A stretch of DNA of 47,167 bases, taken from assembly GCA_964453985.1 (NCBI GenBank), contig CAYVQB010000006.1, positions 1-47,167 on the forward strand, given 5' to 3'. This document shows, piece after piece, positions 37,178 through 45,034 of this stretch (the first letter of the stretch is position 1; each line of letters begins with the position of its first letter). The DNA comes from an uncultured Pseudomonadota bacterium (GTDB lineage Bacteria; Babelota; Babeliae; Babelales; UASB340). The notes under the pieces were generated by a model. The model did no database searches and was not told the DNA's origin. It worked only from the letters and a program-made list of their open reading frames with translations. The translations under genes and the position numbers were made by a program.

Positions 37178-37197
37178 CGCCCTTACAGGACTAAATT
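37178..37197. repeat. right copy of the 20-bp inverted repeat (CGCCCTTACAGGACTAAATT)
   Basis: See 36555-36574; 19 of 20 positions are complementary. Confidence 0.8.
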
Positions 37198-37260
37198 TGT
37201 AGACTTATGGGTCCCCATTGGTTTGGAGCCGTTTCGTTCGAAGAAGATAATTTATTTAGT

Positions 37261-37311
37261 GCCAGCGGAAGCTGGCCATCATGTGTAGTACAGGGCGGAT
37301 GCCCCTGTGCT
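37261..37311. repeat. double-hairpin repeat module, copy just after the stop of 37319-37786
   Basis: GCCAGC-GGAA-GCTGGC, a 9-nt spacer, then TAGTACAGGGC-GGAT-GCCCCTGTGCT. The first-stem differences from the 36957 copy are compensatory. Confidence 0.7.
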
Positions 37312-37318
37312 TTGGGTA

Positions 37319-37786
37319 TTAATTAACAGGTTCGTTATTCTGCGGTTTCCAGTTTTTGATAAGTTTTCCCAAAAGAGTATTTTTAAGATCATCATCTTTT
37401 AATGGTGGCCTTTTATCTTTTTCTATTTTATGAATCTGATCTTTGGTTTCTTGCATACTTAACCAGATGGTTTTAAGGTCAACTTTCTGAGGATTCAGCT
37501 TTTGTACTGAAAGTTTGAGCTTTTCTCTAGATTTATTATCAAGCTCTTGCTCTTCAAGACAATCTAAAAGCGTATCTTCTAAAAAAATTAAAAAATCTAA
37601 TATTGTATTATGAAGGTGGATAGGATCGTTTAGGTCAACTGGTTTGCCTTCTATTTGATCAATTTCATATGATAGACCGTTTTTAATAGTTTGGTCTATT
37701 AAGATTTTTAATTGGTCTTTTTCATTTTTTAAAAGCCAATTCATTAAGCATATTAATTCAAGCGACAAAGAGAAGCTTGTATCCAT
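37319..37786 (-). CDS. orphan acidic cytoplasmic protein
   Basis: ORF 37319-37870 trimmed to the ATG at 37786 (MDTSFSLSLELI...). No family recognised. Confidence 0.5.
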   Translation of the reverse strand: MDTSFSLSLELICLMNWLLKNEKDQLKILIDQTIKNGLSYEIDQIEGKPVDLNDPIHLHNTILDFLIFLEDTLLDCLEEQELDNKSREKLKLSVQKLNPQKVDLKTIWLSMQETKDQIHKIEKDKRPPLKDDDLKNTLLGKLIKNWKPQNNEPVN

Positions 37787-37987
37787 TGACTGATCCTTTA
37801 GTATTTGTGTTTGTAATCTGTAAAAACTTAGTATAAAGGTTTTTGTGGAAATTAAAAACCCAAAGGTCATATAAAACCCTTTTAATTACAGGTTGGCATT
37901 GGGCTTTGACGTTTGACGGGTTAAAGGGGGTTTGCTAGTCTTTTAATGTTGTAATATTATTTATATTCTTATTTTTTAGGGGGCAAA

Positions 37988-38284
37988 ATGCAATACTCTC
38001 GTTTACACCCAAAAAGTTATGCAAAGGCTGCTTGCTTGATAGCTTTAGTAGGTACTTTTTTTACGGTTCCGTTTCAATTAATAACCTTATTCTTTGTAGC
38101 TAAAGCACCAGTGAATCCTAATGTGCCAGCTGTTTCTTCTTTTGCTTTAATTATAGGCATGTCTGTTGGAATGTTGTTTGTTATGTTGCCTTTAGTATAT
38201 GTTTTTGGCTATTTCATGGCAAAGTTATACAATCGCTTTTTGGCTAAAGCAGAAGCTAAAGAAGCTGAATTAAAAGCAGAATAA
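37988..38284 (+). CDS. small two-TM membrane protein, orphan
   Basis: 98 aa with two hydrophobic helices and a charged tail AKAEAKEAELKAE. GGGGG RBS-like run upstream. Confidence 0.5.
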   Translation: MQYSRLHPKSYAKAACLIALVGTFFTVPFQLITLFFVAKAPVNPNVPAVSSFALIIGMSVGMLFVMLPLVYVFGYFMAKLYNRFLAKAEAKEAELKAE

Positions 38285-38287
38285 ATT

Positions 38288-38710
38288 CTAAGCTTTTTTC
38301 AATTTTATAAATTGGGAATTTATTGCTACAACTATTGTGCTAACTGACATGATTAGTGCGCCGATAGCTGGTGGCAATATTATTCCCCATTTATAAAAAA
38401 CTCCGGCTGCAAGAGGGATAGTAATAATATTATACCCACAAGCCCACACAAGATTTTGTACCATTTTGTGATAAGTAACTTTAGATAGAGCAATCACGCT
38501 AGTAACATCTTCAGGGTTGCTTTGAGTCAGAATCACATCCGCAGATTCTATGGCAATATCAGTGCCTGCACCTATTGCAATGCCCACATCAGCCTGTGTT
38601 AAAGCTGGTGCGTCGTTAATGCCATCACCAACCATTGCAACATTGTTACCTTCTTGTTGTAATAAGAATAACTGTTTTGCCTTGGGCCTCTCTTTTTTTA
38701 AGTTTTTCAA
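38288..38710 (-). pseudogene. 3' remnant of a P1B-type (copper/heavy-metal) P-type ATPase
   Basis: The 140 aa begin at a TTG and cover only the hinge motif [36 protein letters not shown] plus the last two TM helices. No upstream ATPase sequence in any frame; the next gene starts 138 nt away. Confidence 0.8.
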
Positions 38711-38848
38711 AAATATATTAATTACAAATTAAAAGTAAAAGCTTCTGGAAGGCTATGGTTTTTTAAAAAACCGTTGAAATTAGGTTTTCAATTGTGATAT
38801 ACAAAGAGAGTCTTTACTAATTTCTATTATATAAGGGAGAGGGAGCTT

Positions 38849-39202
38849 ATGAAGTTTTTTAACGAGAAGAAATTTGCCCTAGCAAGTGGTCTAACGGTAG
38901 CAGCATTTTTCTTTATTACACGATTTATTGCTTGGTTGTTGCTTTCGGCCGGTATTATGCCAATGCTACCAATGATGGGTGGTAAAATGATGAAGCTTAT
39001 GGCATGCGGTAAAGGTATGGCTTTTTGTAAGTGTGCTAATATGCCTATGTGTTGGGGGATGTCATTTGTAGGGTTACTAATAAAAACATTAATAATTTTT
39101 GTTTTTGCAGCCTTTATTGGGTGGCTATTTTCTTGGATTTATAATATGTTGCTCGATTGCAAAGGTAAAACAACAAAAACAACAAAAAAAATAAAAAAAT
39201 AA
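38849..39202 (+). CDS. small Met/Cys-rich two-TM membrane protein, orphan
   Basis: 117 aa. The inter-helix segment reads MPMLPMMGGKMMKLMACGKGMAFCKCANMPMCWGM. GGGAGAGGGAG RBS upstream. Confidence 0.6.
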   Translation: MKFFNEKKFALASGLTVAAFFFITRFIAWLLLSAGIMPMLPMMGGKMMKLMACGKGMAFCKCANMPMCWGMSFVGLLIKTLIIFVFAAFIGWLFSWIYNMLLDCKGKTTKTTKKIKK

Positions 39203-39206
39203 AATT

Positions 39207-39932
39207 TTAAGACCAAATTAAGAATTTTAAACCAGCTAGTCCTAAAAATATCGTAACTATTATTCTAAAATAGTGTTGCGGTATTTTTAGGACTATTTTT
39301 TTTGCAAAATATGTAGCAATACATGAACATGGGATAAATATAATCGCAGACCATATAAAAAAGGTTTCCAGGCTTGTTCCGTTGGTAAAGTAAACAGGAA
39401 TTCTTGCTGTATCTATAAAAAAGGAGATAGCACTTACAACAAAAATATATGAAATTTTGGGCAGGTTAAGCGAATGTAAAAAAGCAGACCGGATAGCCCC
39501 ACCAATTCCTATGATTCCTGCAAAAAAACCAGAAAGCAGGCCTCCTGTAAAAAGGGTGGTTAATTTTCTTGGCATTTGATACTTGGGTTGTATGAATAAA
39601 AAGATTGCATAGAGCAATAAAAAGCAGCCCAGTATTTTTATTAGGATTTCTTCTTGTATTTTAATCCCAATGCGAGCACCTATTACGGCAAAAACAATTG
39701 CTGGTATTGCAAATTGTAAAATTGTTTTCAACCTAAATCTGGATTTGAAGAATATAAGCCTCCAAATATTTTCAAACCAGTGTATAATAGCTATAAAGAA
39801 GATAACTTGGTGTAAGGGGAAAAATAGCGTTAATAAGGGGATGGATATTGTTGAAGTTCCAAATCCGGCAATTGCGCTTAAGATTGTAGCAAACGTTAAG
39901 AGTAGGGTAATTAGAATAATTTGAATTATCAT
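39207..39932 (-). CDS. TauE/SafE (TSUP, DUF81) family membrane transporter
   Basis: Polytopic, with the AGFGTSTISIPLL and GIGGAIRSAFL pseudo-repeat motifs. Start trimmed to the ATG at 39932, which removes the overlap with argS. Confidence 0.75.
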   Translation of the reverse strand: MIIQIILITLLLTFATILSAIAGFGTSTISIPLLTLFFPLHQVIFFIAIIHWFENIWRLIFFKSRFRLKTILQFAIPAIVFAVIGARIGIKIQEEILIKILGCFLLLYAIFLFIQPKYQMPRKLTTLFTGGLLSGFFAGIIGIGGAIRSAFLHSLNLPKISYIFVVSAISFFIDTARIPVYFTNGTSLETFFIWSAIIFIPCSCIATYFAKKIVLKIPQHYFRIIVTIFLGLAGLKFLIWS

Positions 39933-39987
39933 TATACTTTTTGCTCCTTTATTTGTTTTATAAATTAATATTTTTAAGGTTACAGAA

Positions 39988-41685
39988 ATGAGTGTTCTTA
40001 GCACAATAAAAAAAGAGTTTATAGATTGTATTAAAAGCTTGTTTGCTCTAAAAGATGATCAAATAGAAAATGTTGAAATAATTCTTAATATTGATAAAGA
40101 AAAATCTTTTGGTGATTTAAATTGTAATGCTGCCATGGTATTGGCAAAAGTTTTACAAAAAAATCCAAGAGAGATTGCAACACAAATTAAAGATTCTTTT
40201 TTAGGGTTGCAAAATAAATATGTAAAAGATGTGCAAATAGCTGGACCTGGTTTTTTAAATATCTTTCTTGAAGATAAGGCGTATCAAGATATTGCAATAG
40301 AACTTTACGAACAAAAAGAAAATTATTTTAAGTTAGATAAAGATGAAAAAAAATTAAAATACTTAGTTGAATTTGTTAGTGCAAATCCTACCGGGCCTAT
40401 TCATTTGGGTGGCGGTCGTAATGGTATCATTGGTGATGTGCTTGCAAGAACGTTAAAGTTCTTAGGTCATGAGGTTACAAGAGAGTTTTATATAAATGAT
40501 GCAGGAAGCCAAATAACTAAGTTGGGTAATTCGTTTAAGGTAAGGTGTCTTCAGGTGCTTGGTCAAGAAATAGAATTCCCAGAAGATGGTTACCGCGGTC
40601 AGTACCTTATCGATCTTGCAATCGAATGTGTAAAAGAGCATGGGAAAGATCTTTTAGATAAAGATGAGAAGTTCTTTCAGGATTATGCTAAAGTCTCTCA
40701 ACTAAAATCTTTGAAAGAGGATCTTAAAAATTACGGAATAACTTTTGATAATTGGTTTTCTGAAAAAAGTTTGCATGATAGTGGTCAAGTAGAAAAAGTA
40801 TTAAAGCTTTTAGAAGAAAAAGATTTAGTCTATCAAAAAGAAGGTGCTTTGTGGTTTAAGGCTACAGAGTTTGGGGATGATAAAGATAGAGTTGTCCGTA
40901 AAGCTGATGGTCAGTTAACTTATATTGCTGCAGATATTGCTTATCATAAAGATAAGTTTGACAGAGGCTATGATAAGTTGATAGATGTTTTGGGCCAAGA
41001 CCATCATGGGTATATCAAAAGATTAAAAGCGACTATGCAGGCTATTGATTACGATGCTGATAAGCTTGATATTATTTTATATCAGCTTGTTAGTTTGAAA
41101 AATAAAGATGAAGTTATAAAAATGTCTAAAAGGGCTGGAACCTTTACCACATTAAAAGAGATTATCGATACAGTTGGTAAAGATGTTACAAGATTCTTTT
41201 ATTTAAATAGAAAAGCAGAAGCTCATCTGGATTTTGATTTAAGTGTTGCCCTTAAAAAAACAGAAGAAAATCCTGTTTATTACATTCAGTATGCCTATGT
41301 AAGAACTAATAGTATTTTACAAAAAGCATTGCAAGAAAATTCTTTAAAAGATTTTGTTACAAAAACATTAGATTATAAAATTGAAAAAAAAGAATTAGAT
41401 AAAGTTTTGCAAAATATGAGTCAGCCAGAGATTGACTTGATTAAGAAAATTGTTTCCTTACAAGATATGTTAAAGTGCGTACAAGATAGTTATCAAACAC
41501 ATGTTTTGGCTTATTATACTTTTGAGTTAGCGCATGCCTATCATCGTTATTATGCACAAAGTAGAGTTATTGATCTTGATAATATTACATTATCAGAGTG
41601 TCGTTTGTTCATGATGTTTTTATTAAAAAATATCTTTGGAACTTGTTTAGATTTATTGGGACTCAGCAAACCTGAAAAAATGTAA
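39988..41685 (+). CDS. argS: arginine--tRNA ligase
   Basis: SANPTGPIHLGGGRN (HIGH region), the MSKRAG (KMSKS-like) motif, and a C-terminal DALR-type anticodon-binding pattern. Confidence 0.95.
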   Translation: MSVLSTIKKEFIDCIKSLFALKDDQIENVEIILNIDKEKSFGDLNCNAAMVLAKVLQKNPREIATQIKDSFLGLQNKYVKDVQIAGPGFLNIFLEDKAYQDIAIELYEQKENYFKLDKDEKKLKYLVEFVSANPTGPIHLGGGRNGIIGDVLARTLKFLGHEVTREFYINDAGSQITKLGNSFKVRCLQVLGQEIEFPEDGYRGQYLIDLAIECVKEHGKDLLDKDEKFFQDYAKVSQLKSLKEDLKNYGITFDNWFSEKSLHDSGQVEKVLKLLEEKDLVYQKEGALWFKATEFGDDKDRVVRKADGQLTYIAADIAYHKDKFDRGYDKLIDVLGQDHHGYIKRLKATMQAIDYDADKLDIILYQLVSLKNKDEVIKMSKRAGTFTTLKEIIDTVGKDVTRFFYLNRKAEAHLDFDLSVALKKTEENPVYYIQYAYVRTNSILQKALQENSLKDFVTKTLDYKIEKKELDKVLQNMSQPEIDLIKKIVSLQDMLKCVQDSYQTHVLAYYTFELAHAYHRYYAQSRVIDLDNITLSECRLFMMFLLKNIFGTCLDLLGLSKPEKM

Positions 41686-41691
41686 AAATAT

Positions 41692-43515
41692 ATGGATATA
41701 AAAAATATAGACTTAAGAAATTTCAAACAAGAAAATATACGTAATTTTTCTATTATCGCGCATATTGATCACGGTAAATCTACATTGGCAGATAGATTAT
41801 TAGAGGTTGCAGGAACAATTTCTTCAAGGGGCAAAAACGAACAGTTTTTAGATAAGCTTCAAGTAGAAAAAGAACGAGGTATAACTGTTAAAGCGCAAAC
41901 GGCATCCCTTTTTTATGAATATAAAGGGGAAACATATCTTTTAAATTTGATTGATACTCCCGGTCACGTTGATTTTAGTTACGAAGTCTCCCGATCTTTG
42001 TATGCTTGTCAGGGAGCATTACTTGTGGTTGATGCAGCCCAAGGTGTTCAAGCTCAAACAATGGCTAACTTTTATTTGGCCTTTGAGCAAGATCTTACAA
42101 TCATTCCTCTCATTAACAAAATTGATATGGCAAATGCCGATCCAGAAAGAATTAGCAAAGAACTTAAGACTGCTTTTGATATAGATGAATCAGAAGTTAT
42201 TTTAGTTTCTGCAAAAACAGGCCAGGGTGTGGAGGATGTTTTTCGTACAATTATTGAAAGAATTAAACCCCCTACTGGTCAAGAAGAAAAGCTTTTTAGG
42301 GCGTTGCTATTTGATTCTTGGTATGATGAATATCGAGGCGTTATTTGTTTGATTGAGATTGTTGATGGTTCTATTAAAAAGGGTGATGAGATTGTTTCTT
42401 TTTATACGGGAGAAAAATATGAAGTTTTGGACATTGGTCTAATGTATCCCGAACCATCTCCTACCGGAGCGTTGTATACAGGCCAGGTTGGTTTTGTTAT
42501 TGCTGGAATGAAAACAGTTAAAGAAGCGCAAATAGGTGATACTTTTTATAGAGTAAAACAAAAGATTGAACCGTTGCCAGGCTTTAAGCCTGCAAAGCCT
42601 ATGGTGTTTGCGGGAATCTATCCAGTTGATACTGCAGACTATGAAGAGCTTCGTGATGCTATAGAAAAGTTAACACTGAATGATCCAAGTGTGCATGTTG
42701 AAAAAGAAAGTTCTACAGCTTTGGGTTTAGGTTTTAGATGTGGTTTTCTAGGTTTATTACATATGGATGTTTTTAAGCAACGTTTAGAGCAGGAATACAA
42801 TGTTTCTATTATTGCAACAGCACCAACGGTTTTATACAAAATTATATTAACTGATGGACAAGAATTGACTATTGAAAAGCCATCAGATTTTCCAGAGAGA
42901 GTAAAGATAGAAGAAGTTCTGGAGCCTATAATTGATACTACTATTATTGCACCTAAAGAATATTTGGGTAGCATGCTTAAATTATGTCAAGATAGACGTG
43001 GTGTGCAACAAGAGATGACTTATCTTGATGAGAACCGGATTATATTAAAGTATAGAATGCCATTGAATGAAATCATTATGGATTTTTATGATAAATTAAA
43101 ATCTTTAAGCGCGGGCTATGCTAGCTTTGATTATGATGAGGCAGGTTTTGCGCTCGCAGATTTGGTGAAAATGGATATTTTACTAAATGGCAAACCTATT
43201 GATGCGCTTTGCCTAATTGTACATAGGGATAACTCTCATAATACTGGTAAATCGTTGGCGCAACGTTTAAGAAAAGTGATTCCCCGACAAATGTTTGATG
43301 TTGCAATTCAGGCGGCAATTGGTGCAAAGATTGTGGCAAGAGAGTCTATTTCTGCGTTACGTAAAAATGTGACAGCAAAATGTTATGGTGGTGATATAAC
43401 CCGTAAACGCAAGCTGTTAGAAAAGCAAAAAGAAGGTAAGAAGAAGATGAAACAGGTTGGTAATATTCAGCTTCCTCAAGAAGCGTTTTTAACCATTCTT
43501 GAGACAGAAAAGTAG
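41692..43515 (+). CDS. lepA: elongation factor 4 (LepA)
   Basis: [34 protein letters not shown], and the LepA-specific C-terminal domain. Confidence 0.97.
   Translation: MDIKNIDLRNFKQENIRNFSIIAHIDHGKSTLADRLLEVAGTISSRGKNEQFLDKLQVEKERGITVKAQTASLFYEYKGETYLLNLIDTPGHVDFSYEVSRSLYACQGALLVVDAAQGVQAQTMANFYLAFEQDLTIIPLINKIDMANADPERISKELKTAFDIDESEVILVSAKTGQGVEDVFRTIIERIKPPTGQEEKLFRALLFDSWYDEYRGVICLIEIVDGSIKKGDEIVSFYTGEKYEVLDIGLMYPEPSPTGALYTGQVGFVIAGMKTVKEAQIGDTFYRVKQKIEPLPGFKPAKPMVFAGIYPVDTADYEELRDAIEKLTLNDPSVHVEKESSTALGLGFRCGFLGLLHMDVFKQRLEQEYNVSIIATAPTVLYKIILTDGQELTIEKPSDFPERVKIEEVLEPIIDTTIIAPKEYLGSMLKLCQDRRGVQQEMTYLDENRIILKYRMPLNEIIMDFYDKLKSLSAGYASFDYDEAGFALADLVKMDILLNGKPIDALCLIVHRDNSHNTGKSLAQRLRKVIPRQMFDVAIQAAIGAKIVARESISALRKNVTAKCYGGDITRKRKLLEKQKEGKKKMKQVGNIQLPQEAFLTILETEK
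43475..43503. promoter_or_regulatory. 8-bp perfect inverted repeat CTCAAGAA-N13-TTCTTGAG just upstream of the hspR-like gene
   Basis: Seen directly in the sequence, inside the last codons of lepA and 23 nt before the regulator ATG. It contains CTCAAG/CTTGAG half-sites reminiscent of HAIR, but in swapped order. Confidence 0.3.
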
Positions 43516-43525
43516 GAGCCTGGTA

Positions 43526-44005
43526 ATGAGACGTAAAAAAGGTTTTTATTCAATCTCGGTTGTTGCGAAAATGTTTTCGGTACATCAACAGACGGTTAGA
43601 ATGTATGAAAAAGAGGGTTTAATTTCTCCGAAAAGAACAGAAGGAAATACTAGACTATTTTCTGAGGAAGATGTCGATCGGCTTGAAGAGATTATTAATC
43701 TTACCCATAACATGGGTGTGAACTTGGCCGGAGTTCAAATTATCTTAAAGTTACAAAAAAAGATCAAAAAGTTGCAGACTGACATGAATAAGACTTTTGA
43801 ACAGATGCAAGAAAATCTTGAAGAAGAAGGCCAAACGTACGAGAAAAGTGCTAATAAGCAGGGAGAAAGGCTTTTTGAGATCAAGGAAGAGAGTTTTAAG
43901 TATATTTCCGGTAAAAAGGACACTATGGATATAGATACCCCGGTTGACGTTGATCAGGAAAAGAGTGATATTCAAGATGATTGGGAAGTGGATTACGAGG
44001 ATTAA
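43526..44005 (+). CDS. MerR-family heat-shock regulator, HspR-like
   Basis: YSISVVAKMFSVHQQTVRMYEKEGLISPKRTEGNTRLFSEEDVDRLEEI...GVNLAGV resembles the HspR HTH region. Start set at the ATG at 43526 with an AGGAG RBS 7 nt upstream. Confidence 0.75.
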   Translation: MRRKKGFYSISVVAKMFSVHQQTVRMYEKEGLISPKRTEGNTRLFSEEDVDRLEEIINLTHNMGVNLAGVQIILKLQKKIKKLQTDMNKTFEQMQENLEEEGQTYEKSANKQGERLFEIKEESFKYISGKKDTMDIDTPVDVDQEKSDIQDDWEVDYED

Positions 44006-44030
44006 AAATTAAAGCTCGGGAGGTAAAGAC

Positions 44031-44888
44031 ATGTTCTGGAATCAAATTAAAACAGTATTTTTACTAGCATCATTAAGTGCACTTCTTTTTTTGATAGGTT
44101 ATTGGCTTGGAGGCCAAACCGGTATATTGTTTGCTTTTATAGTATCGTTATTAATTAACTTTGGTGCATATTTTTATTCAGATAAGCTTGTGTTAAAGAT
44201 GTACAAAGCTGTGCCATTGGATAAATCAAAATATAGTTATGTTTATGACATGGTTCAAGAGCTTTCTGAAAATGCTAAAATTCCTATGCCAAAATTATGG
44301 TATGTTCCAAATCCTATGGCAAATGCTTTTGCAACAGGAAGAAACCCAAGCCATGCATCAGTCGCGGTAACTCAAGGTATTTTAGATGTTCTTGATGAAC
44401 ATGAACTGCGTGGCGTTCTTGCTCATGAACTTTCACACGTTAAAAATAGAGATATTTTAGTAGCAACTGTTGCTGCAACTATTGCTACATCGATTGCATA
44501 TTTAGCAGATATTATTAGATGGGGATTTATTTTTGGTTCTGGCCGAGATAGAGATAAGTCTGGTGGTTGGGGCGCGATCATAGCAGCGATGTTTATGCCG
44601 TTGGCTGCAGCTATGATTCAACTTGCTATTTCCAGATCACGCGAATATCTTGCTGATGAAAGTGGTGCTAAAATTTCTCATGATCCGTTAGCTCTTGCTA
44701 GTGCATTAGAGAAGTTGCAATTTAATGCTAAATTACAAAAACTTAGACCTAAATCTAATGCTCAAACTAGTATGTCTAGTATTTTCATTGTAAACCCGTT
44801 CTCCGGAAATGGTTTTATTTCTCTTTTTTCAACTCATCCTCCAATGGAAAAAAGAATAGAGAGATTGCGCAAGATGTCTGGGCATTAA
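44031..44888 (+). CDS. htpX: M48 family heat-shock protease HtpX
   Basis: HELSHVKNRD zinc motif, four TM segments, EYLADE. GGGAGG RBS upstream. Confidence 0.93.
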   Translation: MFWNQIKTVFLLASLSALLFLIGYWLGGQTGILFAFIVSLLINFGAYFYSDKLVLKMYKAVPLDKSKYSYVYDMVQELSENAKIPMPKLWYVPNPMANAFATGRNPSHASVAVTQGILDVLDEHELRGVLAHELSHVKNRDILVATVAATIATSIAYLADIIRWGFIFGSGRDRDKSGGWGAIIAAMFMPLAAAMIQLAISRSREYLADESGAKISHDPLALASALEKLQFNAKLQKLRPKSNAQTSMSSIFIVNPFSGNGFISLFSTHPPMEKRIERLRKMSGH

Positions 44889-44915
44889 TACAAAGAAATT
44901 AAGTTATTATTTTTT

Positions 44916-44955
44916 ATCCCCACAAAACTTTAAGGTCTTGTGGGGATTTTATTTT
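44916..44955 (+). terminator. rho-independent terminator after htpX
   Basis: ATCCCCACAA / TTGTGGGGAT form a 10-bp stem with a 12-nt loop, followed by TTTATTTT. Confidence 0.85.
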
Positions 44956-45034
44956 GTCTAAAGAGTCTGTTTGGGTTATAATTTAAAGAGTTAAATTATT
45001 TAAGTTAAATTATAAAAAACTAATTCTGAAAATT

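Larger units (their letters stand above)
36555..37197. mobile_element. candidate MITE-like or BIME-like non-coding element bounded by the 20-bp inverted repeats
   Basis: A 643-bp GC-rich, hairpin-dense segment with no credible ORF, flanked by a 19/20 inverted repeat. No target-site duplication was recognised, hence the low confidence. Confidence 0.3.

Noticed and set aside
36590-37288. ORFs 36590-37018 (-), 36666-36869 (+) and 37100-37288 (+) in the GC-rich island
   Set aside because: They translate to low-complexity Arg/Pro/Gly/Ala-rich strings, have no RBS, and overlap the hairpin repeats. They are most simply explained as chance ORFs in GC-rich repeat DNA.
36557-37318. Tested the island by eye, on both strands, as tmRNA, RNase P RNA, SRP/4.5S RNA or a TPP riboswitch
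   Set aside because: No GGTTCGA-type T-loop with a CCA-terminated acceptor pairing, and no plausible tag ORF. No GGAAAGTCC or ACAGAA..GGCTTA RNase P motifs. The GGAA tetraloop stem at 37261-37276 is a perfect helix without the SRP domain IV internal loops. A proper Infernal scan is still needed.
37905-37918. Tandem heptamer TTTGACG-TTTGACG in the divergent intergenic region before 37988
   Set aside because: It could be duplicated -35 boxes or an operator, but I found no convincing -10 at proper spacing, and 14 nt is too little to call.
43475-43503. Calling the inverted repeat a canonical HAIR operator
   Set aside because: Half-site order and spacing differ from CTTGAGT-N7-ACTCAAG. It is kept only as a low-confidence regulatory candidate.
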